Assembly (NCBI GenBank): GCA_973895155.1 | Contig: OZ316895.1 | Coordinates: 1,909,659 to 1,973,658, forward strand | Origin: Marsupella aquatica | Lineage: Eukaryota; Plantae; Marchantiophyta | Reading direction: 5' to 3' | DNA length: 64,000 nt | Shown: positions 47,997-63,427 of the stretch, piece by piece | How the letters are laid out: every line of letters starts with the position of its first letter | How positions within the stretch are numbered: the stretch's first letter is position 1 | Notes under the pieces: generated by a model | What the model was told of the DNA's origin: nothing | What the model saw: only the letters and a program-made list of their open reading frames with translations | Database searches by the model: none | Translations under genes and position numbers: made by a program

Positions 47997-50900
47997 TCAT
48001 CTCAGTGATCATCTCATTAAGAGGTTGAATCTCAACTTCCACACTATCCGCGAAAGACGATGCAGGCAACGTAAGCCATGTTGTTGTCTAAATTTTATTT
48101 GGGTCACACTATTTCTGTGGCTTCCATCATAAAGTTTTCTTTTGCAATTGCCTGGTCGGAGTACGTCTCGTCGTGCTAGCAGAATTTGGGGATATGGTAT
48201 TGGTCTATCTTGGAGAAAACAGACGGAGACCACGTGGGCTTCCTTTGAATGCAGAACAGAGTGGTTGCTGGAGGCTAAAATGTTAAAATGGAATCTTGGT
48301 ATGAAGGATGTGGTCTTAAACTACAGACTGAAAGAAAGTGGGATCTGGCGTGGACACTACTGGAGAAGGAATGGCAGAAAAGAAGTGCGGATGGAACAGA
48401 TGATGACGAGTTGAACAACGCGAAGAACGAGACCATTCACTCCAAGGCCAAATTTTGAAGTCATTCACACCTTGCGAAACCCCGGGCACGTAAGAAAAAT
48501 TGGCGTGATGGACTCCCCACGTTTTATGGTGTTTCTTGGAATGTACTTCTTTGGAACGCCACTCCGACAGGATTTCTGACTATAAGTCGAGGTCGGTTGA
48601 TTACATTATGAAATAAATGTTTGGGAACCCTAGTACAAATGTTTGGGAACATTAGTACCGAGAAAGGTGGGTTACGCCATTACTCGATTTTAGCTTGGTT
48701 GATGATGAATGTTTTCTCTGTTCTTTTTGTCAAGCAATTCATCCCTGGAGGCATCTGGTGCTACCTCGTCTCTCCGCTTTCAGGAATATGTGGAGGGATG
48801 CTTCGGCTAAGAGGACCAAGCTTGCGTTGCTAGCTGCCTAGACTGAAGTGAAAGCTTCAGAGATGACCCAAAGTCTGCAACCAGTTCCAAGGTGACTTGC
48901 GCACTCGTCATCTAGCTCAACAACCTAAAACTACCCTGTTCCTTTCTTCGGTCAAAGTCTCTTGGCTTGTTGTCTATTCCGTCCTTTACCCCCGAGTTAA
49001 GGTCGTCTTCAATTGTTTCATTCTCCCTGATGTTTGTTGTAACTCAAAACTTTTCAAAATGTCTCAAATCTGACTCGCTCTCTCTTAGGATTACCAAGTC
49101 TCTCCCGGATTGATTAACTCTGGGTGCCACATCTTGGCTTTGGTCCGAGGAAACTTAGTTGGAATTGCCATCTTGCCTCCAGAGCAGAGGGCTTTCTCAC
49201 GCGGATGGGCGTTTGATAGTCTCGCACGTACGAACACATTCAAAGTGTAGAAATGACCATTTCAGGGCTCATAGTTGTCTCTCTACTCGTCGTCCATGCT
49301 TCTCATCTGCCTTGAAATTGCCTCAGTTCCACTTCATTGAAATAGGAGGAGCAAAGCACACTCAGGCAGGTACCGTGGTCCACAGGAGGCAATCAGCGTC
49401 AACCACTCTTCAGCGGCTTTCCGTCTGATTTCGCGTCAAGTACAGGCACGAATTCTCTGTCAGAGGGGTCTCGGAATTCGAAAATCGAGTTCTGTCAGTA
49501 AGAACCCGTCGGCCGAATATCTGCCGGTGGTCTGCAGCAACTAGCGAGTACGATTTCTGCGCGAATACTCAAAGATCTGACAATGCACCATAGCGCAAAA
49601 GGAAGAGGATTGAGTGAGCTATGGAATGAGCCAAGAATAGCTAGATTCCGATCAAAGAGAAGAAACTAAAGCTCTGCAAAGCATTATGTTTCGGTACCAT
49701 CGTTCACTTGAAACTTCGATTTCGAAGTTTACTTCACTTTCCCCAGATCGATAAATCTATTGAGACACTCGAGGGTGCAAGTTTCTATACCAACATTTTT
49801 GCCTTGATTTCACACTTGACATGCTCTAAGTCAAGGATTTGAGATTGTGGAAAAGTTCAGGTCTTTCTCAATCAAGGCAAAAATGAAGGGCATACAGAAT
49901 TTCACCCTCAAATATCTCAATCTATTGATTCATGGTATTCACATTCTGATTCCCAGCGACAGCTGAACTATGCGCAGGAGGTCAAAGCTCCTGCTCCACT
50001 TTCATCACTTCCAGTGGTCGCTTGAGTTGACATTATGAAAGAGAACTTTGAATCTGCTAAGGAACTTGATCGCATAGTGAAATCTCCACAAAATTCCCTG
50101 AAAGAACCCAGAGAACAATGGACCAAATTATGTTGGCATACAAAGAATAAGTGAAGGTTCCAATTGACAAGATTCATTCCACTACTAGCATAGAGGGGAA
50201 AGCAAACCTTTACTAGCAGCCAACACCTCCAGTGAATTCCTTTTGTCAAAATGTGAGAATTCTTGCAGGGTTGAAGAGAATGTGTGAGTGCGTAGCAATT
50301 GTTCCCCAACAAGGCAAATTCAGTAAAGAATTATTCCTAAGAATTATGGTAGTGCCATGAATTGCTTACCTGAGGTGGACTTGATGTGTTGATGGGAGAA
50401 ATGTTCCCGGACGTCTGACTGACTATGGACCGGCAGTAGTCAGTCACAAATGCTTTGTTTCCAAGGTTCCCGATCGCACCGGTCACCATGAGGGACCACA
50501 AAACAAAGTGGAAGGCTTGTCGGGCCATCCACTCTCATTTTGTACTAAAGGGTTGCCCTCACATGACAAAGGCTACAATACATTCCCAGAAGTGCGGAGG
50601 AACCCTCAAACAAGACTTTGAGGCTAATGGAATAGTCCCGACTGACCCAACCACCATGCCCCTTCTCTACTTTATCTCTAACGCTATCTTAGCAGTTGAT
50701 CTTAGGTCTGCCTGCTCTACCGTCAATTCACGGGCTTCTCTTCGGTCCCTCACTCCACTACTTATAGTGGCACCTCTTGTTTACTCCTTTGTAGCAAGAT
50801 AGATTATCATTTGTTACGATTAGTTCCAACAGATTTTGATAAATTTTGCATGGGTTTTCTCCTCACTTTTTGTATCAAGGGCCAGAACCTGGAGGAGGTA

Positions 50901-52444
50901 CAATTCAGCCAACTACAAAATCACCCTTCTGTGGGTCCTTGAAAGCTAAGCCTGGATGAAAGACCACGTTGGACACAATGCTCCCGTGGACCACATTTTG
51001 GTGGTCCATGGGAGTTTTGGTCTTAGAATTTTATGATTATGAGTGTTAAAATAATTTATAGTTTTTCACAGGCAAGGCAACTGGAGAAGAGGAGACACAA
51101 AAAAAAACACAAGCCCTAATATTTCATTTTAATCCAATGAAAATTAATCTAGTAGAATTTACCCCTCCATATTCCATGATGAATAATTCTACCAAAATGG
51201 TCAAAAATTCAGTCACTTTGGTGGAAGTGTAGCTCACCTAGCACTCTGACTACGGTAACACATACTCAAAACTAAAGAGTATTTTAATTTATGAACATCA
51301 AATTATTATTAAATTTAAATTTTGGGAAATGTGGTCCATGGGGGTTTCAGAGACCAAAGTTATGGTCCATGGGAGCATCCTTTTTGTGGGTCCACACACT
51401 TTGCTTTCCTGTATATCCATTGGCCAGCATCTTTTTCGTGGGTCCACACACTTTGCTTTTCTGTATATCCATGGCCACCCTATATTGTTGGATCGACTTC
51501 AAGACAAAAGCACCCTCCAGTGTTAATACTCCAATTAGTTCGTGGACCCCCACCTGTTTTTATTCGATTAGTGGACTACTACGTTGAGCTTCAGTGATCT
51601 GCTAGAGTAGTTGAGGTTGATCAGTCCTTATCGATCTTGTCAATGTCCTTATCGATTCTCGTTGCTTCTCCTTCTTTCTGCTCGATCTATTTGTTTCTGA
51701 TTAAGATGTGCTGCGCCTCTTTTCTGTCCTCGATCAGTTCTCATTTTTCCTTTCTTCATTCGGCTTCTGATCTTTTTTGATTTTGTTTCTCCAACATTCC
51801 TCTTTACTTTGCACTTCAAGAGGCGAAACTCCTTTCGAGCTTTCCTCTTTTCATTACTTTCATCAAAAGCCTTCCTCCCTTTCGAAATGTTGATGTGCTT
51901 CTTTTGTTCTGACGATTTTATTTCGGCAGTTACACAGGAATACGGTTACTGTTTACGTTGAACACTATTTACTTTTATAAAAAAACATTTATAAATTTAA
52001 GTAAAGAGAATATGGGTGAATGTTTTTAATCTCGCCCTTTGTATCAATAGATTTGGATAAACTTTTAATTACTTTTACATTATGTTTTGACGGCATGGCA
52101 TCCATAAAATTACACGAAAAGCGACGTAAACAAGATGGAGAGGAGTTTTTTCTTTGCGCAAACATGACCATTCTTGTTTGTTGCGGTTGTTGCTGATGTG
52201 GCACGCTGTGGTGCCAGGAATTTTGGAAGGAACCTCTAGTGGGGTCCGTAAAGATAATGGTCTTTTGATTGGTGGGATACTCTGTCGGTTTCAATCATGC
52301 AAAAAAGATACTGAAAGTCGGCTCTCCCTAAGCCGCCACGTCATGTACACAGATTTCCCTAGATTTAAGGCTCACCGTTAGATGATGCCTGAATTAGGTG
52401 AAACAATAGCTAATGAGACAGAAAAATAGTAACGAATTTTAGCC

Positions 52445-52700
52445 GAGGTGGAATTTGGCGAATTTTCGCCACCACAAGAAACAGTGGATCACTGGAGGTC
52501 GAGCACTGACACTAAAGTGAGACACATGACTAACGTTGAAATCTGTGGATTCGTTCCTGGCATGGCGAAAGATTTGTGTGGGGAGGTGGAATTTGGCGAA
52601 TTTTCGCCACAAAAAAAAAACACTGGACTGGAGGTCGAACAATGACTTTAAATTGAGACACATTGGCTCACGTTGAAATCTGCGGATTCATTCCTGGCAT
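52445..52700. repeat. Two diverged ~140-bp direct repeats, each with the palindrome TGGCGAA-TT-TTCGCCA
   Basis: gaggtggaatttggcgaattttcgccac...ctggaggtcga...gagacacat...cgttgaaatctg.ggattc.ttcctggcat at about 52445 and 52584. Confidence 0.8.
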
Positions 52701-53417
52701 CCCGGCGGACTGTCTACTTCTTGGTCCCTGCCCCCAAGTGGGCTGAGCTTTCATGGTGCTCCTGGGCCGCAATGTGTCGAGTGACAGCCGAGGTACGTTA
52801 ATCTAGTCCACGATGTTTCAGCTGGGCTCGAAATGTGAAGGTCTCTTCTCTTCCTTAGTAGTACGCGCGCCCTTCGAGCAGAACATTGCTACATTTTGAC
52901 ACACAGATTACTTTAGTTTTTATACACTCCTTGCATGATTTTGCCACATTGCCTGCGCTCTCAACAATTAAAATCTTGCGGAGTTTCACCGCTTGAATGC
53001 AACGTTCAATTGTCACCGTCGATTCTGCAAGTCTGAAACTTTGTTAACCTGTTTTTTTGTAATCCAGGAAACTTGCGTCCTCGCTTGCATCTCGTGGAGC
53101 CTTCTTCAGAATGCTTAATTCTCAGTGAAATAGGATCTCGGTGAGGCTGTTCTGTGCTTCACGAGTCGATTCAGATATATAAGTAACTATATATCCTCAG
53201 CAATTCAGCGGGGTCAAACCGCTCATTCCAGCTCAACATCGTCAGCGAAACAGTGACTGTGGATGTGGTCGCTTGTTTACAACCCATTCTAGGTGCTCAG
53301 GACCTTACTGAAGTTGGAGGGTTAGGCCCTAACAATTCGACTCCAGGAGAAAGTGAACGCACACACGAGAAATTTGGAGTATTTTGCCTCCCATTTCATT
53401 TGGGATTGCATTTGGAG

Positions 53418-54500
53418 ATGTCATTCGAGATGAAGTCCTTCGCTTCGGCTTTAATGGTCCTGTCCATTCTCACCAACCGAGCAGAGGCGACTCATGTCTC
53501 GTTGTCGTCAGGGGGCGCAGACACTGCTTTATCCAAGGTTTGCTCGAGAAAGGACCCGGCCATGGATCCTTTCTATGAAGTCAGGTATGGGCAGGACGTC
53601 GTGTGGCAAATTCCCCACAACCCCAAAGCAGTCCTCTTCTTGGCGCATGGAGCGAACAAAGACCCGCTCAGCTACTTCGATCGTGCTCCGCACTGCGGGA
53701 AATGCTACGGACTCCCAGAAACCCGTCGTGCGGTATTGTCTGCTTTACAGCGGAACTACGCTGTCATATCGGTGCAGAGCTCGGATGTCGTATACTTGCC
53801 CTGGAATTTGGAGGTGTGGCCACCCCCACCCTCCGAGGACAGGACAAATGTCGTGGCCATCATCAAGGAGTGGACCAAAGAGCATTCGCTGGATCATTTG
53901 CCGCTGGCAGCTTTCGGTTTCTCCATGGGGGGGAATTTTTCGACTGTATTGACTTACGATCTTGACTTCAAGTCTATGATTATCATGTGTACTCCTGGAG
54001 ACCGCATGGCGCTGTTGAATGCCAACGCCTCATTCCCTCCCACTCTCTTCCTCGCCATGCCGGTCGACAAGGATGGGTTCTACCCTCAAGCTGCGATTTC
54101 CAGAAACATTCTCAAATCTAAGGGAGTGCGAACTGCGCAGATTGATATGTTGCCCAGACCCATCCGCCCCTCCAACTTCACTGAGAAAATCCCATGCCTT
54201 GAGCAGGACACCGCTGAGCGGATCTATGGAGCCTTCAAAGCTGAGAACTGGCTTAATGCTGAGGATTATCTCATCAAGGTCCCATCTGATTTCGAGGCTG
54301 TGCTCTGGAAGCACAAGGTTCTGCCATTCTGTGAAAAAACTCATGACATTTGCCTCTCCAAGCATGTGGGGCAGGAGCTTAATGTAGCATATGCCTTTCA
54401 TTCGTTTTCAAGCCAATTTAACAGGGAGATTTTCGATTGGTTGGACGATACCGTGTTTCTCGGGTCTTCTGAACCAGCCAGGTCGTGGGCTTCTCAATAA
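53418..54500 (+). CDS. Secreted alpha/beta-hydrolase-fold protein, copy 2 (tandem paralog)
   Basis: Co-linear with 46896-47996 (DPAMDPFYEVRYGQDVVWQIP is identical). AFGFSMGG elbow. The start at 53418 or 53430 is inferred by alignment to copy 1. Confidence 0.85.
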   Translation: MSFEMKSFASALMVLSILTNRAEATHVSLSSGGADTALSKVCSRKDPAMDPFYEVRYGQDVVWQIPHNPKAVLFLAHGANKDPLSYFDRAPHCGKCYGLPETRRAVLSALQRNYAVISVQSSDVVYLPWNLEVWPPPPSEDRTNVVAIIKEWTKEHSLDHLPLAAFGFSMGGNFSTVLTYDLDFKSMIIMCTPGDRMALLNANASFPPTLFLAMPVDKDGFYPQAAISRNILKSKGVRTAQIDMLPRPIRPSNFTEKIPCLEQDTAERIYGAFKAENWLNAEDYLIKVPSDFEAVLWKHKVLPFCEKTHDICLSKHVGQELNVAYAFHSFSSQFNREIFDWLDDTVFLGSSEPARSWASQ

Positions 54501-56058
54501 TGTCATTGTTTCTGCATGGAAAACTTTCCATATCAAAGATAGTCAGCTATTGGATGTGACGAGAGTAACCAAGAACTGTGTCCCTTGGGAGAAAGGTAGC
54601 GAGACTGGGGAAAAAGTGTGTTGGGTCAGGTAGGAAAGAAGTGACTCCAACTGATACATTGCAATGTTGGATGGTTCATTTAGGAGCCAACTATTCATTG
54701 TTTACTTTTGGTGGAATTGTTTTTGTTAACCATGATTCTTCTAGTGTAGATGTAGATCAGGTATAAAACCTCTCTACATTTTGCTGTCCAAAGCAATGTT
54801 GGATTGTATCATAAAATCTCTCTAGTTTTTGCAGTCCAGATTAAAGGCAGGAGTGATCCCCAAGCCAAATAGGCACTGTTTGCTTTCAGGTGGAAAGAGT
54901 GCTTTGGTTAACTTTGCCCTGATTGTTCCAACCCAGTCTTTTGACTTTAGATGAATAAAAATTTATGAAACAAATTTCATCTGGGCTCCCCCATGAAAAT
55001 CTATAACTACAATTAATTACTGTAGTCATAGTTAAGTAAGGGCAGGTGGGTTGACTTGCTTAAATTGCTACAAACCAATCGTTTGACCTTAGTGAGAGAT
55101 TTTCCACGATTGACTTGAATCGAAGGAATCTGATCCACGGGACTGGTAAAGAATAAAGTGGCCTCGACTCCTCCAGCTCCGCACTGACTAAACCACAATC
55201 TGCAATCTCTATTCTGTCTTGGTTAATCCGCCCTCTCGATCCTCTTCGACTGAGTTGTCGTGCTCAGGAATGAACTGAAAATGGCAGATTTATTCCAACT
55301 AGCCCCATTATCAAGGAAAGTAAATAGATATGAGAAAAAACAGTCTTGCATAATAAAATTTCTGTGTTATTTCATATTTCAGTTCATCTTTGCCCCATCC
55401 TTGTTTTTTGTCCACCCTCATTTCACCTTTTCTTTATTTGGAATCAATATTATTTATCATTTTTGTCCACCCTCATTTCGCCTTTTCTTTATTTGGAATC
55501 AATATTATTTATCATTTTTGTCCACTCTTCATTTAAAGATTTTTTGTTAATTGACATTTATGATCACTTTTGTCTCTAGTAAGGGTTACCGTCTTCACTC
55601 TTCACTCTAGGCCCTTAAGAGTAGACTTAGTTCGCGTTTTTATAATAAGATTAGTACCGTTTCTGAACGGATTGAATAAACTTGCTCACAGACTCTTGTG
55701 TTTGATTTCTGCATAGGGACACTCATCTGCGTGACGCACCTATATTCCCAGAAACGAAGATAAGAACTAGTTAACATACACTCGAAGACTCCAAACTGAG
55801 GAACACCGACCTATGGATTCAAAAGTGGCTACATTCACAAACAAAAACTTCCAGAACCAAAGCCACCGATGTGTACGTCAGCTGGATAAACGGCCAGCGT
55901 CTAGTCTGGGGTCACCTCCCAGAGCAGATGTTAGAACAAGCTTAGTGCCTCGAGAGAATGTACATGAACAATCTTGACAACAAGTTACTTTGTCAATCAA
56001 AATTTCGGAAGAGGCGACGGTCGATTCCCAAAACATGTGAAAGTGAATATTTTTACAG

Positions 56059-59000
56059 TTACAAGTTATAATCATCGAATCCAAGATCCCGAAGAGCAGC
56101 AGAAGCTGCATCTCGGCATACCACATGGTTGGCTTTAGCTTGTCTAATCAGCTTTTCCAACCCCTTCTCCAGTATTATTGGCCTGCGATTCAACAAGTCA
56201 AATGAAAAACTAACATCAGGTGATGACAGAAATAATAACCAGACTTAGATCGGGCCTGCAATCTATCAATGAGCTTGTAAGTCTCCCACAACAAATTATT
56301 GAAGTCGATGGATAGTAGATTGCCTCTCACAACTTCCTCTGTGGGTAAGTCCCTTTGATAGGATAAGACTCTACCTATTCTCCAGATTGCGAACAGCCAA
56401 GTTTCGTATGAGTTGGCATGCTTGTCGTTGCAAGCCTGAAGAACCAGCGTGTTTTTCCATCATCTCAGCTGTAACATCAACTACTCCGCTCTTCACTGCT
56501 TCACCGGCATTGACGGGAGATCTCAATGTCAAAACTGCGACAGCAGTCAGAGCCTGCAGTGTACATGCTCGAAAACGTTATAAGGATTCGTGGCGCTACG
56601 GTACTTTCACTCTTCTTAAGCATGGAATTAACTCAGATTTCGGGTTATTGCTTCCCTTTTCCAAGACGCATATCAAACATGGCACGCTACACCACATCAT
56701 GACTACATTTAACCAAATAGAGTGCATTAATTTTCAAGTACACAGGAGTTACAATTTTTCATTCATGATGATGTCCACAGTTTAAGCGGAGCTTTAGAAA
56801 TTAACCCTCTGGCTCAAAGTGTATATTGCCTACATTCCATTGGAGCTGATCCTAAAACTCGGTAATATCCATGCCATGACCATAAAGGAATTCTTTGCTT
56901 TGTTGTCATTTTACAGTATTGCTTCATCTGCCATGCCCTCTTCTGACGCTCACTAAACTTCGTAAGAACCTTATTTGCTTAAGCTTACAAGGTACAGCCT
57001 AAGAGCATGAGTAAGAGTTGTTTAATATAAAGCACCTCCTGGACAACTGAAGCTTCTTGAGAGAAATGGCTGATAAGGTCCACAATTTGAGGGAGCCCTC
57101 TAAGTTGTTGCACAACTGCATCCTTGTTTGTATCACTGCCGGACAGCTGCAAAACATCTCAGAGGGACCAATCACGTCATTAGTGATTAAAATAATTAAT
57201 TTAATCACCCGGAATCAACTCATTATCGTATGCCCAGCACGCCATGGAAGTTGTTTTCCTAAACAACGTTGGTCTCCCTTGAGTAGACAAGAAAATGCAC
57301 CAACCCCGGCAGATACCTGTATAAGCAGGATACAGGCACTTCTGGCCATTATTTTGTGATTTTGTTCCCTAGATGTCGTTATAAACCTCATGACTAGTTC
57401 AAGTCCACCTTTATCTGCGACAGACCTGCAGATTTCGTCCTGCACACATATACTTCTCAGCAACAGCCACAAATCCTAATGACAACGTAGTTCACATTTC
57501 AGAGAGCCAAAAGAATCATAACATTGTATGGCAGGCAATCACTAAGACCTTCAACCCTCGTCTGGCAGCCAACCCTGGTAGTCGTGTGGAAATGTCAATC
57601 AGAAACCCGTGTTTTTAGTCGAAGCATTGCCCATCTAATCGAAGCACTATTCTTAGCCAGGAACAGAAACATTGTTTAAGCCATCCATTTCATAGATGAT
57701 ACTGAAAGTTGAAGACATATTAGAACAAAGCAGTTACAGTCGTTCGGGGTAACTTTCTTACATTCACAGCTAAGTTTTTGAGTGCTATACACAGAGATGG
57801 AAGTACAGAGTTGGACTTGATTTGCTGCAGCGCCACTTCTAAGAGTGTATCCATGGCTCCAGCCTTCGCAATCAGCATGCCGTTTTGGAATGCCTGCCGA
57901 GAAACAAGAATGCACAGAAGTGATCTGAGTAACTTCATACCTCATTCCAAAAAATAGGAATATGATACTGGAAATAAATCCCACCCACCACCTCCTCAAG
58001 CACTATCTCAAGTGAAGTGTCATCAACTGAAAGTTCTCCACATCTTCATTCATAATGTGTCAATGACTCAACTGCAGTATGCCAATTGAGAAGTCGAGTG
58101 TTTGCAAAAATTTGTTATCACAACTTAGACTGAAAATTGCAGCATAAGAGTGATAAAGTACCCGAGAAACGGCTATACGTTCGTCATCAGCAGTTACCAG
58201 TGACCGCAATGCATCACACACTGCTTGCACAACTCCTTGATAACTTTGATGTTTTTTTAGCTCATCTACAAGCACTTCATGCACCTGCAAGCGAACAAAC
58301 ATATCCTTGACATCCTCGTTTTTCAATGATGCAGCAGCAATTACGGCTGCACCGTGCTCGAGAATTTTATCAGTGACATTCTCCCCAGATAGAGACTCAA
58401 ACACAAATTGAGGTCCACAGTGTAGTCTGAACTTCTCCCTGCTCTTGTCATCTGCATCAACCAAGACATTGGAGATGGTGAAAAATGGTCGAGGATACTC
58501 GACAACCCATATGACTCGAATTAACAAAAGCAATAAATAAGTAAAAAGTTTGCATTAATGTAAAGAAAATTGGGAACTGAACTCAGAGGAAACGTCTTTA
58601 CACAATTATTGACGGCTTCTATGACGGTTGGGTCTAAGGTTTCATGATTTCTCGTGCCTATACAAGAAGGGAATCCAATCATTTCAGAGTATCCCAGAAA
58701 GTGCTCACCAGTTAAACATGCTGCGAGGGCCGCTAAAGCATGGTCTCGGGAAGGTGATTTGCATGCCGTCAAGGTTTTGCAAATAGCAAGGAGAACTTCC
58801 ACACCTCCATTTCTTTCAGCAATAGAAACATTGTTGGGTTCTTCCTCACTGCAACTATTTCGTAGTGTGTCTAATGTGCGAACAATGTCAGATTCAAACT
58901 CTGGAGTTAAGTCTGGTTCTCCGACTAGAATTTTGCTGTATAATTCTTCGAAATCAGTTGTTGGAAGCTTTTCTCCATATACAGCAGCAACAGCAGTTTG

Positions 59001-59803
59001 TAAGCTATGGATTGCCATGATTACAGGATGCTTGTCGAGGGAAGCCCCTCCTCCTCCGTTAGTTATGATACCTGCATCACGAAGTAAAAACGTCAGATTT
59101 CTTCATCAAACGACCCCTGTGCAAGTGAAGATTTCCAAGAAAGTACTGCAGTTGTTCAAAGGGCTGATAAGGTTTTGATACACTTCTTCGTAAAATGTCG
59201 TTAGACTCTTACTAAGCAGCCCATCTTTCTCATTTTCACTCTTACAGTAGGCTGCAGTCTAAACGTGGTCGTTTGAACGGGATACACGTCATTGTGCAAC
59301 GCTTGCCACGGGTGTGAGAAGTCTTGTTAAGAGGGGATAGTAACCGGTAATCGTTTTTAACGTGACACTGGAAGGCAAAATATTCGACAAGGAAGGAGTC
59401 CAGCAGTGGCTGATTTGTGAAAAAAATTGGCACCCTGCAGTACGTCAGATGTGATTGACATCAACCTACTTTGGAATACGAATGTACAACAGGTCCAAGA
59501 ACTTCCTCTGCTGCAAGCTGTCAGCACTGACCAACAATAAAACAATCAAGATTGGTGAGGGGACGTATAGAGCCGAACATATGGTCGGATGTTACCGAAC
59601 AATGCTAGGCAGAGACACCGCCACGAGAAGCGAAGCTGCTCCCCGATGAGCATACCTGAAAGATCCACTCCTTGTAACTCAAATGTGGTGATGGCATCCG
59701 CAAGGGCCTCATCCATTTCCATGCCAAACTCGTCCATATTCTCCTTGACGACGGAATCGAAAGCTTCTTGCGAGATCTGCGCCTTCTTCGACAGAGGACC
59801 CAT
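56059..59803 (-). CDS. ARMC6: Armadillo repeat-containing protein 6 homolog, multi-exon
   Basis: ISQEAFDSVVKENMDEFGMEMDEALADAITTFELQGVDLSG; KNEDVKDMF; VCDALRSLVTADDER; LCIALKNLAVN; DEICRSVADKGG; LQRQACQLIRNLAVRN; final exon ASAALRDLGFDDYNL* with the stop at 56059-56061. Confidence 0.9.
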
Positions 59804-61554
59804 CTTGCCTCACAATGTTTGCAGCCAAGAGGCTACTTCTTCGTTGATCCACTACGTCACCTGCCTTCTGCTTCTAGGGCCAATTCTCTTGCCAATGTGA
59901 AGGAAACAGAAACCTCAGGACAGATCCCGAATTTCCACAGGCTCGAACAGACGAGGGCTTACAAAAACACTCTAGATCGTCGTACTCCTGCGTTCTCAGT
60001 TGGGTCTACAGAGAACCACTTGAAAATTCTACTTATTTAGTATTACTAAATGAAACTCTCTCATTCAATCCATCTTCTTGAATCGAGTTTTCAGTTGGCA
60101 ACAGGGAGCGAGGCTCAGTGATATACCCGTCAAGGTGGCGAAATGGAATCGCTCAAATCAAAAGAAGTTCGGCAGGAAACGAGCGGGAATGGGAAAGCCT
60201 GTAACGACGGGACTTAGCTTTTTGCAAGGTTGGTAGGAAAGGTTGGGACGGGAGGTGAGAGTTGTGAAATTGAGAAGGGAGAGAGAAATTGAAGCGTAAA
60301 AGTCATGTCCTGTTGAACCCCAAACAGATCGGGACGAACGAACTTCTACAATATGTGGGATTTAAGCTCTCCCTGAATTTCAGATTCAGATTGTATTTGG
60401 AGTAATTTAATGGCGACATCTAGACTCGCAACCTGTACAACAGGGTATTCATAAGTCACAGGATACAAGTTCCCTTCAATTTTGAGAATAAATAAAGCTT
60501 AGTTTGGGAGTGCTCTAGGAGAAGGGTCTAGATTTGGATCAGGGCGCTATGAAATCCGTCCTCTAATCTACTACTATAATAAGGAATCGTGCCAAAAATG
60601 ATGGGTGGTCGATTTACAAACTTTTGGAGGGAACATATTATGACCATTAGATTCTTACTTTGTTTATCCTAACCTTTCAGTAGCCACAAGTCAAATCTCC
60701 CAAACCAAAGCACACAAGACAAAGAATTTGGTATACCACAAGATTCTTGATGATGGGCATGATGACATAAGAGGTATGCGAGTGTCATGGGTTGCTCTGA
60801 AGCAAACGGAAACCAAGAGAGGAAAAATACAAGAAATGGAGCACCTCAACATCCTCAACATCTTTTCCTCACATCAGTATAGTTTTCTCATTATTACATC
60901 CTTTTCTCAGCTTGTTATCTTTTCTCTCTTTGACATATTTTTTCACCTTGACTTCTTTTCCTCTCCTCTATATCTTTTCTCACCTCAACATATTTTGTGC
61001 AAAGCAGAGGCATGGGGCTACTATAAATAGTGACAGTAAGGTGGGAGTGAAAATGTTTTGAGGGGCCATTATTGCCCATAATGTTTTGGAAATAGGACCT
61101 TCATACACTTACAGGCCTGATTGATTTTCATGTTTAGTAATGACATCATCCAAATCTTGATTAGGCATTTTTCCCGATAATGCACTGGAAAATACAAAGG
61201 GAAAAATCACAAAGGGCTTTAAGGATATAGTTAAGCCCGGGTAACAAGGCATTGTGGCCAGAACACCCTGCAGAAGTAGGGCTTTAGCTCAAGTAACTAA
61301 TCATATGTTGAGTTAACACTAACCCAGATGGGGGTTAGATTAGCAAATAATTTATTTTGGAGGACAGTTTAGTAAATAGAGTTAGTTTAGGGGAGAGCTT
61401 AGTAAAAAGCTGTTTGAAAATAACTCTTGGAGTAAGTAAACCTCCTTAATGATGAATTTTTTTTATATTTATTTTGTAGGTTTTGACAGTCACGGTTTGC
61501 ACTGCAGCCGGGGAGGATAGAGAAAAGAAGATTGGTCGAGACTTATTGTGACCA

Positions 61555-61638
61555 AAGCCCTTCATCATCTTGTCACTAAAGCCCTTCATCATCTTGTCAC
61601 TAAAGCCCTTCATCATCGTGTCACCGAAGCCCTTCATC
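61555..61638. repeat. 24-bp minisatellite (aagcccttcatcatcttgtcacta), about 3.5 copies
   Basis: Read directly. Confidence 0.85.
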
Positions 61639-62298
61639 AGGTTCCTGGTAAGTGTCAACCTTACAGCCTAGCGTTCTGAGTCAGAACTTCCTGGACACCT
61701 GCGAGTTTCGGGTTTACAATATTACAATAATTTTCAACACATCTGATGGAAATGTCGCCTAGAAGGTCTTTGTACAAAACCATCCTCCAACGACCACATT
61801 ACAGTAACACCACAAACTTATGAGGGACTTCACATTGTGCGATTCTGACATGAACACTGTTTTGAAAGAGGCCTTAGTGACTGCAATTACTTCGGCCCCT
61901 CTCTAATTAGCTAGAGTATAACAAACGGGAGGTTATTCATCAAGCACTACCAATTCAATCATGAAGGTGATGGCTTTCTTCACACTGCAGGGGGTCACTC
62001 TGACAAGACGAAAGCAGCAACGCTTTGCGACCCTCCCAAGCCAGCTAGCCTGTGAATACATTCCTGAATGGGCCACTCGCAAGACTGGATTGATCACTAG
62101 TAAGACAAAGTATATAGTTGAAGAAAGGGTGCCCTCCAAGACATTGACTTGAGCTCCATCCATCTCCACATTAGTCTCCTCATCATGCTAGTAGAGTCCA
62201 AGACTTTCCATAGCGTCGACTGGAATCGCCCAAAATTTTCAGCTTAGGTGGGAATATCCCTCTCATTATTATGTCTAGAATTCTATACAAATATAAAA

Positions 62299-63427
<1,129 letters not shown>

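Noticed and set aside
58654-59178. 174-aa plus-strand ORF
   Set aside because: Antisense shadow of an ARMC6 exon.
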